Assembly (NCBI RefSeq): GCF_006345805.1
Contig: NC_043006.1
Location: 11,470,001-11,534,000, forward strand
Length of the DNA stretch: 64,000 nt
From: Octopus sinensis
Taxonomy: Eukaryota
Reading direction: 5' to 3'
The notes below the pieces were generated by a model. That model was not told where the DNA came from and ran no database searches. It saw nothing but the letters and a program-made list of their open reading frames with translations. Shown here one piece after another: positions 37,207 through 52,860 of the stretch; position 1 is the first letter of the stretch; each line of letters starts with the position of its first letter. The position numbers were made by a program, and so were the translations under genes.

Positions 37207-37479
37207 TATATATATGTGTGTGTGTGTGTATGTGTGTGTGTGTGTGTGTACACAAGTGCACATACACACACACACACACACACACGCACACACAGATATA
37301 ATATATATAGGTCAAATTCATTTGCAGAGTGACTTTCATTTCGAAGTTAAGCCGGCAGTAGTTTGTCAAAACATCAGAAACTTTGGATTTTGCATAATAT
37401 ACGCAAACAACATATATTACATGTTATTTGTACTTTTGCATACGTATATGTCTAAATGAATATACAAATATATATGTAT

Positions 37480-37895
37480 AGGTGTGCTTGTGTGGTAAGA
37501 AGCTTGCTTCCTATCCACATGGTGCTGGGTTCAGTCCTACTGCGTGGCAAATTGAGCAAAATCTTGTGTACAAGCTTAGGTCAACCAAAGCCTTGTGAGT
37601 GGATTTGATTGAGGGAAACTGATATGTATATATATGTATGTATATATATGTGTGTGAGTGTGTCTGTCTGTGTCTGTGTCTGTGGATAGGAGCGTGTGTT
37701 TGTGATTGTGTTTGTCCCCTCGTCATCGCTTGGAGTTGTTTTTACGTCCCTGTAACTTAGAGGTTCGCCAAAAGTGACCGATAGAATAAGTACCAGTACT
37801 GGTATCGATTTATTCGATTAAAATTCTTGAATTGTGGTGCTCCAACATGGCCACAATCTAATGACTGTAACAAAATAAAAGATAAAAGACAAAAG
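37480..37895 (+). mobile_element. SINE family B, diverged
   Basis: Same modules with more substitutions. Confidence 0.7.
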
Positions 37896-37953
37896 ATACC
37901 TAAACGCACACACGCCAGCATAAGTGTGTGTGTGTGTGTGTGTGTGTATTTGT

Positions 37954-38008
<55 letters not shown>

Positions 38009-38104
38009 AACGTATGTATATATATATATAAATACACACACACAGTTTCACATTCACCTTTATATCGATCCGCCCATATACATGTAAGCTTGTAGTGAAT
38101 TATA

Positions 38105-38668
38105 TTGGGTTGTCCGGAAAGTTCGTGCCGATTTATAGTAGCTTACCTTTCGACTTATTTTAGAACATGGTTGAGTCCATAAAATAGGATTTGACTATGC
38201 CTCCATTTAGAGCACAGTTTAAGCTATCTTTTGCTGAAAGAAGGTTTACGTTCCTATAACCTGTGTTAATTCTGTAACCCTTTAAAATGGAAGATAAGAA
38301 AGTTCATTTTCGGCACTAGATGCTTTGGGAACCAGACAAAAATTGCTGCAGCTCGGCAGCGACGTGTTACCCCACCCTCCATATTCACCAGATATTGCTC
38401 TTTCGGATTTCCACATATTCAGGTCTCTGCAGAATAGTCTTAATGGTAAAATTTCAATTCCTTGGATGACGTAAAAAGATACCTTGATGAATTCTTTGCC
38501 ATGAAATCACCTCAATTCTGGGAAGAGGGTATTTTCAAGTGAAAGGTAATATGGAGACGCATTGTGCAACAAAATGGTTCATATTTGGTTGATTAAAAAT
38601 GTAATGGCAAGTATTTATTGACCTTTTTTCCCCTTTAAACATCGGCACGAACTTTCCTGATAACACAA
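38105..38668 (+). mobile_element. Internally deleted mariner (564 bp)
   Basis: TIRs TTGGGTTGTCCGGAAAGTTCGTGCCGAT / ATCGGCACGAACTTTCCTGATAACACAA with TA flanks; MEDKKVHFRH fused to LPHPPYSPDIALSDFHIFRSLQN. Confidence 0.9.
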
Positions 38669-39006
38669 TATTTTACACAAGGTATTATAAACCAAGTTTT
38701 CTTTAACACAGGACAAGTTTTGAGTCAGGTTTAAAACCTAGAAATATCTACAAGGACTTGCTTACTCACATGAGTATCTCATCGAAGTCGGTGCGAAGTT
38801 TATAAACAAATCGCAAAATTTACATTTTAACAAATTGAAACGTATGTAGATAGTAAAGGTAACATACAAAACGACATAGAATCAAATATATAGGTTAGTG
38901 GTTCCCAGCCTTTTCATAGTGGTTCCCTTTTATTCAAATGCATTTCCAACGTTTTCCTCTTTAACATGCTTATCCTTATCTATCTGTCTGCCTATCTATC
39001 TATCTT

Positions 39007-39079
<73 letters not shown>

Positions 39080-39094
39080 ACATACATACATACA

Positions 39095-39125
<31 letters not shown>

Positions 39126-39638
39126 CACATAATAACAAATTAATAAATAAAACATATGCATATATACATACATATATGTACGTACCTACATCTACATGTA
39201 TATATACATGCATATATGGGTACAGGACACAAAAAAAAAACGTCGAACACAATGAGAAAGGAAAACATAAACACAAAACCAAGGAAATTGACATTTTCCT
39301 TAAACAACGAAAGAATAGAGTACATGACATAGAACACAAGGAAAATTCCCCTTCTTCAGTCGCCTCTGTTTCATCTACTCCGCGTTTCGAAGGTCAAAGC
39401 GAGACACGACTTCGGTGAAACATTCCTTTCCGCAAAAAGCAAATTAAATAAAATTTGAGATTTTTTTGCGCGGGGGTAAAAACGGTAACAAAAACAGGAC
39501 AGTAAAGACAGTACAAAATATAAACAGTAAAAAACAGGACAAGGAGAATAACAGTAACGCAGACAAGGAGGGCTGTTAAGCCAAACGAGAGAAAATATTA
39601 CGAACGCTTTTTTTTGAGAACAGCGAAACACACACGCA

Positions 39639-39696
<58 letters not shown>

Positions 39697-39848
39697 ACAC
39701 ACACACACATATATATATTATATTAAATTAGAGATAAAACTACTATTAGGCAAATCATACAATGAAAAACTTAAGCCAATACATAAGATTAATTAATTTA
39801 TATTATTTAAATATATATCAAAATTATTAAAAAAGATAATCAATATAA

Positions 39849-39911
39849 CACTACGATCGTTTCATGGCTGTCCAATTCTTAAAATTTCGAGTTACAGTCA
39901 TTCTTCAGGTG
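39849..39911 (-). ncRNA. Minimal type I hammerhead ribozyme
   Basis: CAC-CTGAAGA-ATGACTGT/ACAGCCAT-GAAA-CGATCG-TA-GTG: 3-bp stem I, palindromic stem III, GUA site. Confidence 0.8.
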
Positions 39912-39998
39912 GTTTAAATATCTAAAATATAATCAATATTTTTAAGATATAAATAATTAAGACCATGATTATATATATATTAAAATTAATCAAAGGGC

Positions 39999-40124
39999 CG
40001 CCAAAATACACTGATAATAACCACAGAAATCAACCGTCCAAATGGAAACTTGACCTACCATCTTAATGAATTATTTTGCCTTTGGACGGTTGATTTCTGT
40101 GGTTATTATCAGTGTATTTTGGCG
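39999..40124. repeat. Perfect 44-bp inverted repeat with a 38-bp spacer
   Basis: 39999-40042 is the exact reverse complement of 40081-40124. Confidence 0.95.
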
Positions 40125-40809
40125 ATTTAAATAAGAGTTTTTACTGTTATTCCCAGCAGGTAGACATAGGTAGTATGTCCTCTGATTAATCTTAATCCTT
40201 CAGCTATTCAATACTCTTTTTGGGGACCTGATATCGCCTATATTACTGATTCTGTTATGATCATTTTTAAATTGTTACACTTGATAATAATAGAATCAAT
40301 GATGTCTTCGCAAATTATTTTCCCGTAAATTATTTTTTCTCGTGAATTATTCGCATTGAAATTATATACATCTATATATAAATCAATAAATAGTGGGGTG
40401 GGGGGTGTTAACCGCACGTGGAGAAATGATAGAAGAAAAATTATAAAAAGGCAGAATGCTAAATTGAAGGTAAATTTTAATAAAAATGGATGTATGGAAA
40501 ATTTAAAAAATAATAACTCAAACTGCTTTCCATCGCAAAGCAAATTATCAAGATTTGGAAGTGGAAAAGAATTTTTTTAAAATTGAGGAAGGGGAAAAAA
40601 GAAATTTACAATGTTTTTTCAAAAAAATAATAATAAATATATACAAAAATAATTAAATAAGTATACTTATTTATTAATTTTTGTATATATTTATTATCAT
40701 TTTTTTGAAAAAAAAATTATAATAAATGTATTTTATTATATATACAATATATATATAGATATAGATATGTATAGGTATAAATATATATGTGTATATATAT
40801 ATACAATAT

Positions 40810-40848
<39 letters not shown>

Positions 40849-40958
40849 GGATGCATGTATATATATATACATATATGATATATATGTGTGTGTTATATCT
40901 ATCTATCTAGCATCTATCTCACTCTCTCTCTCTTCTCTCTCTCTCTCTCTCTCTCTCT

Positions 40959-40999
<41 letters not shown>

Positions 41000-41350
41000 G
41001 ATATAATATATATATATGAAATTTATATTTAGTTCACGGACCTCCAGTAGCACTTGTGAACCACCAGGGGTCTGCAGAGCTAGGTTGGGAACCACTGGTA
41101 TAGGTAATAAGTTAATATAACTTATTTGACGGGAATTAGTCAATATCAGGTTACTGATTGTAAATAGTTGTTAATAGATGTTTATTAATTTCGATCCAAG
41201 TTATATTACTCGAAGAAAAAACATAAATATTAAGATAGATAAATCGGAGATATTTTGAAAAATGTTTATATATATGTATGTATATGTATGCATTTATGTA
41301 TGCATTTATGTATGTATGTATGTATGTATGTATGTATGTATGTATGTATA

Positions 41351-41754
41351 CTCCTTTACTCTTTTACTTGTTTCAGTCATTTGACTGCGGCCATGCTGGA
41401 GCACCGCCTTTAATCGAGCAACTCGACTTATTCTTTTGTAAGCCCAGTACTTATTCTATCGGTCTCTTTTGCCGAATCGCTAAGTAACGGGGACATAAAC
41501 ACACCACCATCGGTTGTCAAGCAATGCTAGGGGGACAAACACAGATACACAAACAAACACACATATATATATATGTATATACATATATACTACAGGCTTC
41601 TTTCAGTTTCCGTCTACCAAATCCACTCATAAGGCATTGGTCGGCCCGGGGCTATAGCAGAAGACACTTGCCCAAGATGCCACGCAGTGGGACTGAACCC
41701 GGAACCATGTGGTTGGTTAGCAAGTTACTTATCACACAGCCACTCCTGCGCCTG
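41351..41754 (-). mobile_element. SINE family B, full length
   Basis: Same modules as 36785. Confidence 0.88.
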
Positions 41755-42031
41755 TACGTATGTATACATATATACATGTATGTAGGTATTTATGTATGCC
41801 TGTGTATAAGCATGAAATTTGATTGAAAGTTTTGAAAAGTTTTGGTAGAAGGAAATTGTTGAATATATAAACGCTGGTGTTTGTGTATGCTTGTATATGT
41901 ATGTGCACGTATGCGTGTATGTTTATGTGTGTGTGTTTCTCTGTATTTATAAGCATGTGCGTGTAGGTATTTATGTACAATGTAAACACACACACACACA
42001 CATACACACACACACATATATATATATATAA

Positions 42032-42348
42032 ATGGTTTAGTGGTTAGGGCATTAGGCTTACGATCGTAAGGTCGTGAGTTCAATTCCCGGCGGCGCGTTG
42101 TGTCCTTGAGCAAGACACTTTATTTCACGTTGCTCCAGTCCACTCAGCTGGCAAAAATGAGTTGTGCCTGTATTTCAAAGGGCCGGCCTTGTCACACTTT
42201 GTGTCACGCAGAATCTCTCCAAGAACTACGTTAAGAGTACACGTACCTGTGGAGTACTCAGCACTTGTACGTACGCTATTTCGCAAGCAAGAAGGTTCCG
42301 TTGATCATATCAGCCGGGATCCTCGTCTTCGAAACCGATGGAGTGCTC
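42032..42348 (+). mobile_element. SINE family C
   Basis: Homologous to 5432-5741. Confidence 0.8.
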
Positions 42349-42446
42349 CTATATATATATATTATATTATATATATATATATATATAGTATATATATTAT
42401 ATTTATATATATATATATATATCTATATATATATATATATATATTA

Positions 42447-42570
<124 letters not shown>

Positions 42571-42598
42571 TATATATTATATGTTATATATATATAAT

Positions 42599-42645
<47 letters not shown>

Positions 42646-43006
42646 ACATAAATAAAAGGTACACAAAGAATAAGGGTAAAGTCTCTCTTCGGTCATGAAT
42701 GACCATGGGATTACACCTAGGAAGTCCAAGCAAGGTTGTTTATGGAAGTCCAGTAGTCACCTATGCATATTAGCCCACCCCCCTCTCCATGTCATCGATG
42801 TTATCCAAGAGAAAGACAAAGACTGATACAGCTTGGCACCAGTGATTACTATTGCTGAGTGAACTGGAGCAGCAACAAATAAAGTGTCTTGCTCAAGACC
42901 ACAGCACACAGCCTCGTTTGTCTGGGAATCGAACTAACTACTACATGATTGTGAGCACGACGCTTAACCAATGTCCATTTTTCGTCTCAATCGCTTTGTT
43001 ATGTAT

Positions 43007-43425
43007 ACAGGAGTGGCTGTGTGGTAAGTAGCTTGCTAACCAACCACATGGTTCCGGGTTCAGTCCCACTGCGTGGCATCTTGGGCAAGTGTCTTCTGCT
43101 ATAGCCCCGGGCGGCCGACCAAGCCTTGTGAGTGGATTTGGTAGACGGAAACTGAAAGAAAGAAGCCTGTCGTATATATGTTATATATATAATGTATGTG
43201 TGTGTATGTTTGTGTGTCTGTGTTTGTCCCCTAGCATTGCTTGACAACCGATGCTGGTGTGTTTACGTCCTCGTCACTTAGCGGTTCGGCAAAAGAGACC
43301 GATAAAATAAGTACTGGGCTTACAAAGAATAAGTCCCGGGGTCGATTGCTCGACTAAAGGCGGTGCTTCAGCATGGCGCAGTCAAATGACTTAAACAAGT
43401 AAAAGAGTAAAAGAGTAAAAGAGTA
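43007..43425 (+). mobile_element. SINE family B, full length
   Basis: Same modules as 36785. Confidence 0.88.
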
Positions 43426-43856
43426 TTATATATATATAATATTATATATATATATATATATATAATATAATAACTAAGTGTAAAAATAATTAATTAAGAA
43501 GTAATCAGTAATTTCACCAAGTAGAATTCGGCATGAAAAAGGACCATTTCATGGTAAGCTTAAGTAATACTTTATAATTAGGGTTCGGCAAAGATTTGCT
43601 TCATCCCATACCGAAGTTTAGAAATAGCAGTCAAAAAATCTTAGCTATTCCTTCTACTTTAAAAGGGGCTCCCAGAAAAACCAAAGTACTTGAAAACAAT
43701 CCACGCAGGCAAAAGGGAAAAATAACGAAAATCAATCGATATTAGTTTACCCACGTACGCGGGTTTCGGAGTTAGATCGGCATAAAGAATAAATAATTAT
43801 ACCTTACCCGACTATTTTCGGATGAAGAACCAAAAATGGTCGGGTAAGGTATAATT

Positions 43857-44117
43857 GAAAGAAGCCCGTAGTATATATGTATATGTATATATATGTGTGT
43901 GTGTTTGTGTGTCTGTGTTTGTCACCCACGGTTGTCACGCTTGACAACCGATGCTGGTGTGTTTACGTCCCCGTAACTTAGCGTTCTGCAAAAGAGACCA
44001 ATAGAATAAGTATTAGGCTTACAAAGAATAAGTCCTGGGGTCGATTTGCTCAACAAAAAGCGGTGCTCCAGCATGGCCACAGTCAAATGACTGAAACAAG
44101 TAAAAGAGTAAAAGAGT
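43857..44117 (+). mobile_element. SINE family B, 3' part
   Basis: GAAAGAAGCCCG to the GTAAAAGAG tail; preceded by a 24-bp-arm hairpin at 43794-43856. Confidence 0.8.
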
Positions 44118-44327
44118 ATATGTGTATGTGTGTATGTGTGTGTGTGTATGTGCGTGTGTGTGTGTGTATAGTGAGAGTTTACAAAAAAACAAAACAAAAA
44201 AAAAGAAAACAAATGAGGAAGACGGGTGTGTAAACAACAAACAGATGTATTAGTTTAACGCTCGGAAGTGGAGAAAGTGTTTTACGTTTCGAGCCTACGC
44301 TCTTCGACAGAAAGGAACACAGAAATA

Positions 44328-44366
<39 letters not shown>

Positions 44367-44378
44367 TATAATATATAT

Positions 44379-44442
<64 letters not shown>

Positions 44443-44719
44443 CGAAACTTCGAAGTCACAGTCAACGGTCTCCTTGTAAGAGTTTAATAAACACATATAC
44501 TCTACTAAAAAATACTTTTCAGTTCTTTCTTAATTGTTTTTCCATATAACTTGACATGGAAACAAGCATTAATAAACAATACATCTATAATACATAATTA
44601 CGCACACATACATATATATATACACACGCACGTATATTGTGTGTGGTGTGCGTGCGTGTATGAAGCAAATTAAGCTTATACAAAACACTGACGCGCTCAC
44701 TCTTACATATATGTATATA

Positions 44720-44762
<43 letters not shown>

Positions 44763-44914
44763 TATATTATATATATATATATATGGTGTGTGTATATTGT
44801 ATATACATACATGGTTTACAGTTATTACGTACTTTAAATTTCTTTTAAAACATTTTATTACATTTAAATTTCACACGGGTATATCTTTATCATGAATTTG
44901 GACATTAATTTCTT

Positions 44915-44948
<34 letters not shown>

Positions 44949-45224
44949 TATTATTAAAAAATATATGTATATCTTATAATTAACTAAATTAGCATAGAAT
45001 AAATAATGTTTTCATATATTTTTATAATAAAGATCTAAACCATGTATATATGAATGTAAAAGAGAAAGTTGAATAACTGTAAACCTACTTTTTGGGGGCC
45101 AGCCTATATACACACATGCATTTACACATATAGTATGTATATATATATATATATTATATATATATATATATATAGATATATATATATATCTATATATATA
45201 TATTACAACGTATTTGAAACTTAC

Positions 45225-45350
45225 CTTAAAAATTAATTGACGAAAATCTCACGGTGCGAAGCTGCTTAGCATACAAATACAACGATATCTGGGAGGAAAC
45301 TGTAAATTCTGTAGTAAAGTTTTGGCATTTATATAGAATGGTTTGACGTA
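45225..45350 (-). promoter_or_regulatory. Candidate Pol II promoter and non-coding first exon
   Basis: Minus strand: CRE-like TACGTCA (45350-45344), TATATAAA (45335-45328), Inr-like TTACAGTT near 45301, then consensus donor AAG|GTAAGT at 45225. The link to the peptide gene is inference. Confidence 0.45.
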
Positions 45351-45479
45351 CTCCTGAGAGACCTTCCCAAATATCGGAACACCTGGTTGTATGATTGATG
45401 ATCACGCACGCCTCTTTCAAAGCAGCACAGGAACGTGAGAGTGACGATGCGTGCGCGCGTGCAACCGCGTGTGTCTGTG

Positions 45480-45579
45480 TGTGTGTGTGTGTGTGTGTAG
45501 TTATGTGTGGGTGTATGCATGTGTGTATGTATGCATGCGCGTTTGTATGTGTGTGTGTATGTCTGCATGTTTGTATAGG

Positions 45580-45619
<40 letters not shown>

Positions 45620-45643
45620 CATATACACACATATGTATGTATG

Positions 45644-45693
<50 letters not shown>

Positions 45694-46196
45694 TATACAT
45701 ATATATATATATTTATTTATATATATTTATATGTATGTATTTATGTGTGTGCATGTATATGTGTGTGCATGTAGTATATATGCATGTATGCATGTATGCA
45801 TATATGTATGTATGTATATATATGCACGTAAGTATGCATGCATGCGTGTATGCATGTATGTATGCATGAATATATGTATGGGTGCATGTATGTATGTATG
45901 TATGTATGTATGTATGTATGTATGTATGTATGTATGTATGTATGTATGTAGGTATGCTTTATGTATGCATGAATGTATGTATGTATATCTGTATGTGTGT
46001 GCATGTATGTTTGTGTATGAATGTTTGTGCGCGTTTACGTGGTTTAGAAAAATGTCAAAGGAGTCCGTATTGATTGCACACACATAAAACCGCGTGCGCG
46101 CATGTGCGTCGATATATACACACATGTAAATATGAATGTGTCTATGTATATATATATATATATAAGTATGAAAGTATGTGTGTATGTGTGTGTATG

Positions 46197-46231
<35 letters not shown>

Positions 46232-46596
46232 CATATACATATATACATACATATAGATTATATTGTATATATATGCGTATTATATATATATATATATATA
46301 TGAATGCATGTATGTATGTAAAGGGAGAGAGTAGGTGGTGAAAAAGTGCGCGTGAGATATAAGCTGAGAGAAAGAGAGGGGGGGAGAGACGAGAGAGTGT
46401 GGGGGAGAGAGAAGGAGAGAGAGAGGAAGGGGCGAGAGAGAAATGGGTGGAGAGGGTCAGTGAGAGTAATGTGTAATAAGGTAGATACGCCGAAACGGAG
46501 ATGAAGATAGAGTGATAGAGATATATATAGAGAGTGATAGATATAGAAAGAGCAGAGCGAGAGAAAGGGAGGAAGGAAGAAACGTAAGAAAGAGAG

Positions 46597-46641
<45 letters not shown>

Positions 46642-46680
46642 GGTGAGGAGAGGAAGGGGAAGAAAGAGCGAGAGATGGAA
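45480..46680. repeat. Alternating purine-pyrimidine tract (45480-46320) followed by a GA-rich purine tract (46320-46680)
   Basis: Direct inspection. Confidence 0.9.
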
Positions 46681-46874
46681 ATAGAAAGAAGATGGAACGC
46701 CTCCATGCAGGGTTTGGAAAGCATCTGAAAGAACATGTTGTTGGTAGAATCAGACAGTGGGAGTGTAGCTGACGGAGATTAGCGGCTCCTGTGGGGGTTC
46801 CAAGGAGTGTAAAGCCGAAAGAGGAGGACGCCTCTTTAATAAATAATATATGCCTGAACACGAGGTGAAACCGT

Positions 46875-47117
46875 TAATAATAATAATGATAATAATAATG
46901 ATAATAATAATAAATAATCTAATAATAATAATATAATAATAATAATAAGAAAGAAGAAGAAGAGAGAGAAGAAGAAGATGAAGAATGATGATGATGATGA
47001 TAATAATGATAATAATAATAATAATAATAATAATAGTAATAATAATAATATAATAATAATAATAATAATAATAATAGAAGAAGAAGAAGAAGAAGAAAGA
47101 AGAGAAGAGAAGGAAGA

Positions 47118-47149
<32 letters not shown>

Positions 47150-47316
47150 AATAATAATAATGATGAATGATAATAATATAATAAGAAGAAGAAGAAAGAA
47201 AGAAAGAAGAAAAGAAGAAGAGAGAAGAAGAAGAAAAGAAAAGAAGAAAGAAGAGAAGAAAAGAAGAAGAAGAAGAAAAGAAGAATGATGATAATAATAA
47301 TAATAATAATAATAAT

Positions 47317-47347
<31 letters not shown>

Positions 47348-47479
47348 GAAGAAGAAGAAGAAGAAAGAAGAAGAAGAAGCCTGGTGTACCCTTATCAGAC
47401 GGGTAGTCATGATGGGTATATTGAGCTTCGTATATTTTACCCCAGTGTCACTTTGATGGCATGAACTGCTCTCTCACTC

Positions 47480-47512
<33 letters not shown>

Positions 47513-47749
47513 TTATTTCTTTACTACCCTCAAGGGGCTAAACACAGAGGGGACAATCAAAGGACAGACAAACGGATTAAGTCGATTACATCGACCCCAG
47601 TGCGTAGCTGGTACTTAATTTATCGACCCAGTAAAAGGATGAAAGGCAAAGTCGACCTCGGCGGAGTTTGAACTCAGAACGTAACGGCAGACGAAATACG
47701 GCTACGCATTTCGCCCGGCGTGCTATCGTTTCTGCCAGCTCGCCACCTT

Positions 47750-47814
<65 letters not shown>

Positions 47815-47877
47815 TAATAATAATAAATAATAATAATAATAATAGTAATAATAATAATAATAATAATGATGATGATG

Positions 47878-47910
<33 letters not shown>

Positions 47911-47945
47911 GTGATGATGATGATGATGATAATAATAATAATAAC

Positions 47946-48035
<90 letters not shown>

Positions 48036-48062
48036 GTAATAATAATAATAATTATGATGATG

Positions 48063-48122
<60 letters not shown>

Positions 48123-48139
48123 GTGATGTGATGTGATGA

Positions 48140-48181
<42 letters not shown>

Positions 48182-48195
48182 ATTCATAATAATAA
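46875..48195. repeat. Compound AAT/GAA/GAT triplet array interrupted by the 47380-47480 repeat end and a SINE A copy (47512-47747, minus strand)
   Basis: Direct inspection. Confidence 0.9.
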
Positions 48196-48822
48196 TTTTT
48201 TACGTGTAATAATGATTCTCCTCCTCTTAAACAGATGAGCATTATTTAACTGTCTGTCTCTTTCTATCTCTATCTCTCTCCCAGTCTCTCTCTCTCCTCT
48301 CTCTCTCTTCTCTCTCTTTCTTAGTACAGCATCTCCAAGTTTTATACTAATCGATATGATTGTACTGGTGACGAAGAAGATGAACAAAGATGAAGGAAGA
48401 TGAAAAAAAAAATAAACAAAAGATACTGCACGCTAACTTTTCACATGTTCACAGAAAAATATGAAGTAGGGATTTTCATGAAGTGTGAAACAGGAAAAGC
48501 AACTTGTTAATGGATTTTTTTTTGTTTTTAGAGAGTAAAATATACGATAAAAATGATAGAATAATACAAAAAAAAAAAAAATACTAATTTTTTGTGAGAG
48601 AGATTTTTGGAAAGGGATATCCACACGGGAAATAACAAATCAAGAAATAAACACAGACGTGTAGAGAGTGTTTCATTAAAATAAAAGGGATCATCCGGGA
48701 TTTTAAAAGTATATCAAAGCTGTAATTAAAAGCAATAGCCAAGGAAGGTGGCGGAGATTAAACGTCTACAATGAAAGGTTGGTAGTGTTGGTAGTCTGAT
48801 GATGGTATTATGGTGTTGTTAA

Positions 48823-49236
48823 GGCGGCGAGCTGGCAGAAATCGTTAGCACGCCGGGCGAAATGCTTAGCGGTATTTCGTCTGCCGTTACGTTCTGAGTT
48901 CAAATTCCGTCGACTTTGCCGTTCATCCTTTCGGGATCGATAAATTAAGTACCAGTTACGCACTGGGGTCGATGTAATCGACTTAACCCGTTTGTCTGTC
49001 CTTGTTTGTCCTCACTGTGTTTGGCCCCTTGTGGGTAATAAAGAAATAGGTATTTTGTTTGTCTTTACGTTCTGAGTTGAAATTCCGCCGAGGTCGACTT
49101 TGCCTTTCATCTTTTCGGGGTCGATTAAATAAGTACCAGTTATGCACTGGCGTCGATATAGTCGACATAATACGTTTGTCTGTCCTTGTTTGTCCTCTCG
49201 TGTTTAGCCCCTTGTGGGTAGTAAAGAAATAAGTAT
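48823..49236 (+). mobile_element. SINE family A dimer
   Basis: One head plus two units. Confidence 0.85.
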
Positions 49237-49377
49237 TATGGTGGTGGTGGTAGTGGTGTTGTGGTTCGTGTCGTTGTTGTCTTCTTCTTCTTCTTCTTCT
49301 TCTTCTTCTTCTTCTTCTTCTTCTTCTTCTTCTTCTTCTTCTTCTTCTTCTTCTTCTTCTTCTTCTTCTTCTTCTTC

Positions 49378-51431
<2,054 letters not shown>

Positions 51432-51599
51432 GTTGTTGTTGTTGTCGTCGTCGTCGTCGTTGTTGTTGTTGTTGTTGTTGTTTTAAATTTTTTTTAAACT
51501 TTTGATCTGCATGTTTGTTAGTCACTTGCCGAGACACACCCAGCATCCTGGGGCGAATGAAGGATAAGTGATATTACATTATGACTGAAAGCTTAGAGA

Positions 51600-52860
51600 G
51601 GGGAAGTAGTGAAATATCTTCACAAACATTTAAATGCATAGGCTTTGGTTTTTCTAAGAATGTGGGCAGCACTTGTCAGTACGATCCATTAGATTTCTCT
51701 GAGACATGATTCTCCTGGGATGTTATCTAGATGTTTCTGACATCCCTTTTTTGTATCAAACCAAGGACACCTACAATAACAGGAACAGTTCTCGCGTTCA
51801 GACGCCACATATTTTGTACTCAATTTCCAGGTCCTTATATTTACTCAGTTTATCAAATTCCTTTACGGATATATTTTTATCAGTGGGGACACTTACATCG
51901 TCTACAAGTATTTTCTTCCTTGTCTTTAATAATTATGTCTGGTCGATTAGTCTGGATCGTTCTGTCAGTGTTGACTGGAAATTCTCAGAGGATAGTGACA
52001 TTTTTATCTTCAACGACCGGCTCAGGAATGCTGATTTTGTAGTGCTTACATATCTTCCAATGTAAATACTGTCCTACCCTATCGTGGCGATTTTTGTATT
52101 CGTTTGGTGTCAGCACAGGAGATTCCAAGACGAGACGCTCTATTGTTTCGTCAAATGTGTTCCAGAATCTGCAGAGATGACAGGAGAGATCTTGTATATC
52201 TCAAGGACCTTGAGTATCCAATTACGTGGGACACTCTCAAACGCTTTCCTGTAGTCCATCCATGCCATACTCAGGTTCTTCTTTTTGCTCCGGCAACTCT
52301 CTACAATCATTTTACTTATGAGTAATTGATCTTTGCACCCATAAGAATTCCATTTGCAGCTCTTTTGACCTTGTGGAAGGATAGACCTCTGTTCAAGGAA
52401 AGTAGTATATTCTATCAGTTAATATGGATGTGAGGATCTTGTAGGTGGTGTTGAGACATGTTATTGGTCGGTACTTATCTTTGGATATTTTGTGTCTTCA
52501 GCTTTTGGTAGAAGGTATGTTGTTCCTTGGTCAGTCAGGCAGGTATTTGCTCTGGGTTCTGGATGACATCAGTCAGAGATGCAGCGACATTTTGGTGAAC
52601 TTCTGTTTGACAATTTTGCCAGAAGTAAGGGATTCGGTCCAGTCCTGGAGTTTTCCATTTTTGAGATTTCCTAAGAACCCATCTTAGCTTTTTCTGTTTC
52701 TATTGCTTCCCATTTGTGTTCTTCAACTTCATCCAGTCTCATCTTCTGAACTGAAGCAACATGAAGCAAAATGAATTTGCACAAGAACACGTCGAGAATG
52801 CAGCACCCTGATCGTGAGAGCAAAACCTGATCGTTTAGCCATACACTTTTGCCCATATGA
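51600..52860 (-). mobile_element. Second internally deleted R4/Dong-clade retrotransposon
   Basis: Minus-strand translation KYRPITCLNTTYKILTS...GCKDQLLI...AWMDYRKAFESVP, then HDRVGQYLHWKIC and NRPDIIIKDK...LSKYKDLEIE, with frameshifts. Confidence 0.85.

Larger units (their letters stand above)
38896..41097. mobile_element. hAT-type MITE with an 8-bp target duplication enclosing ~2 kb of nested sequence
   Basis: TIRs TAGTGGTTCCCAGCC / GGTTGGGAACCACTG; flanks ATATAGGT / GTATAGGT (7/8 match). Confidence 0.65.
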
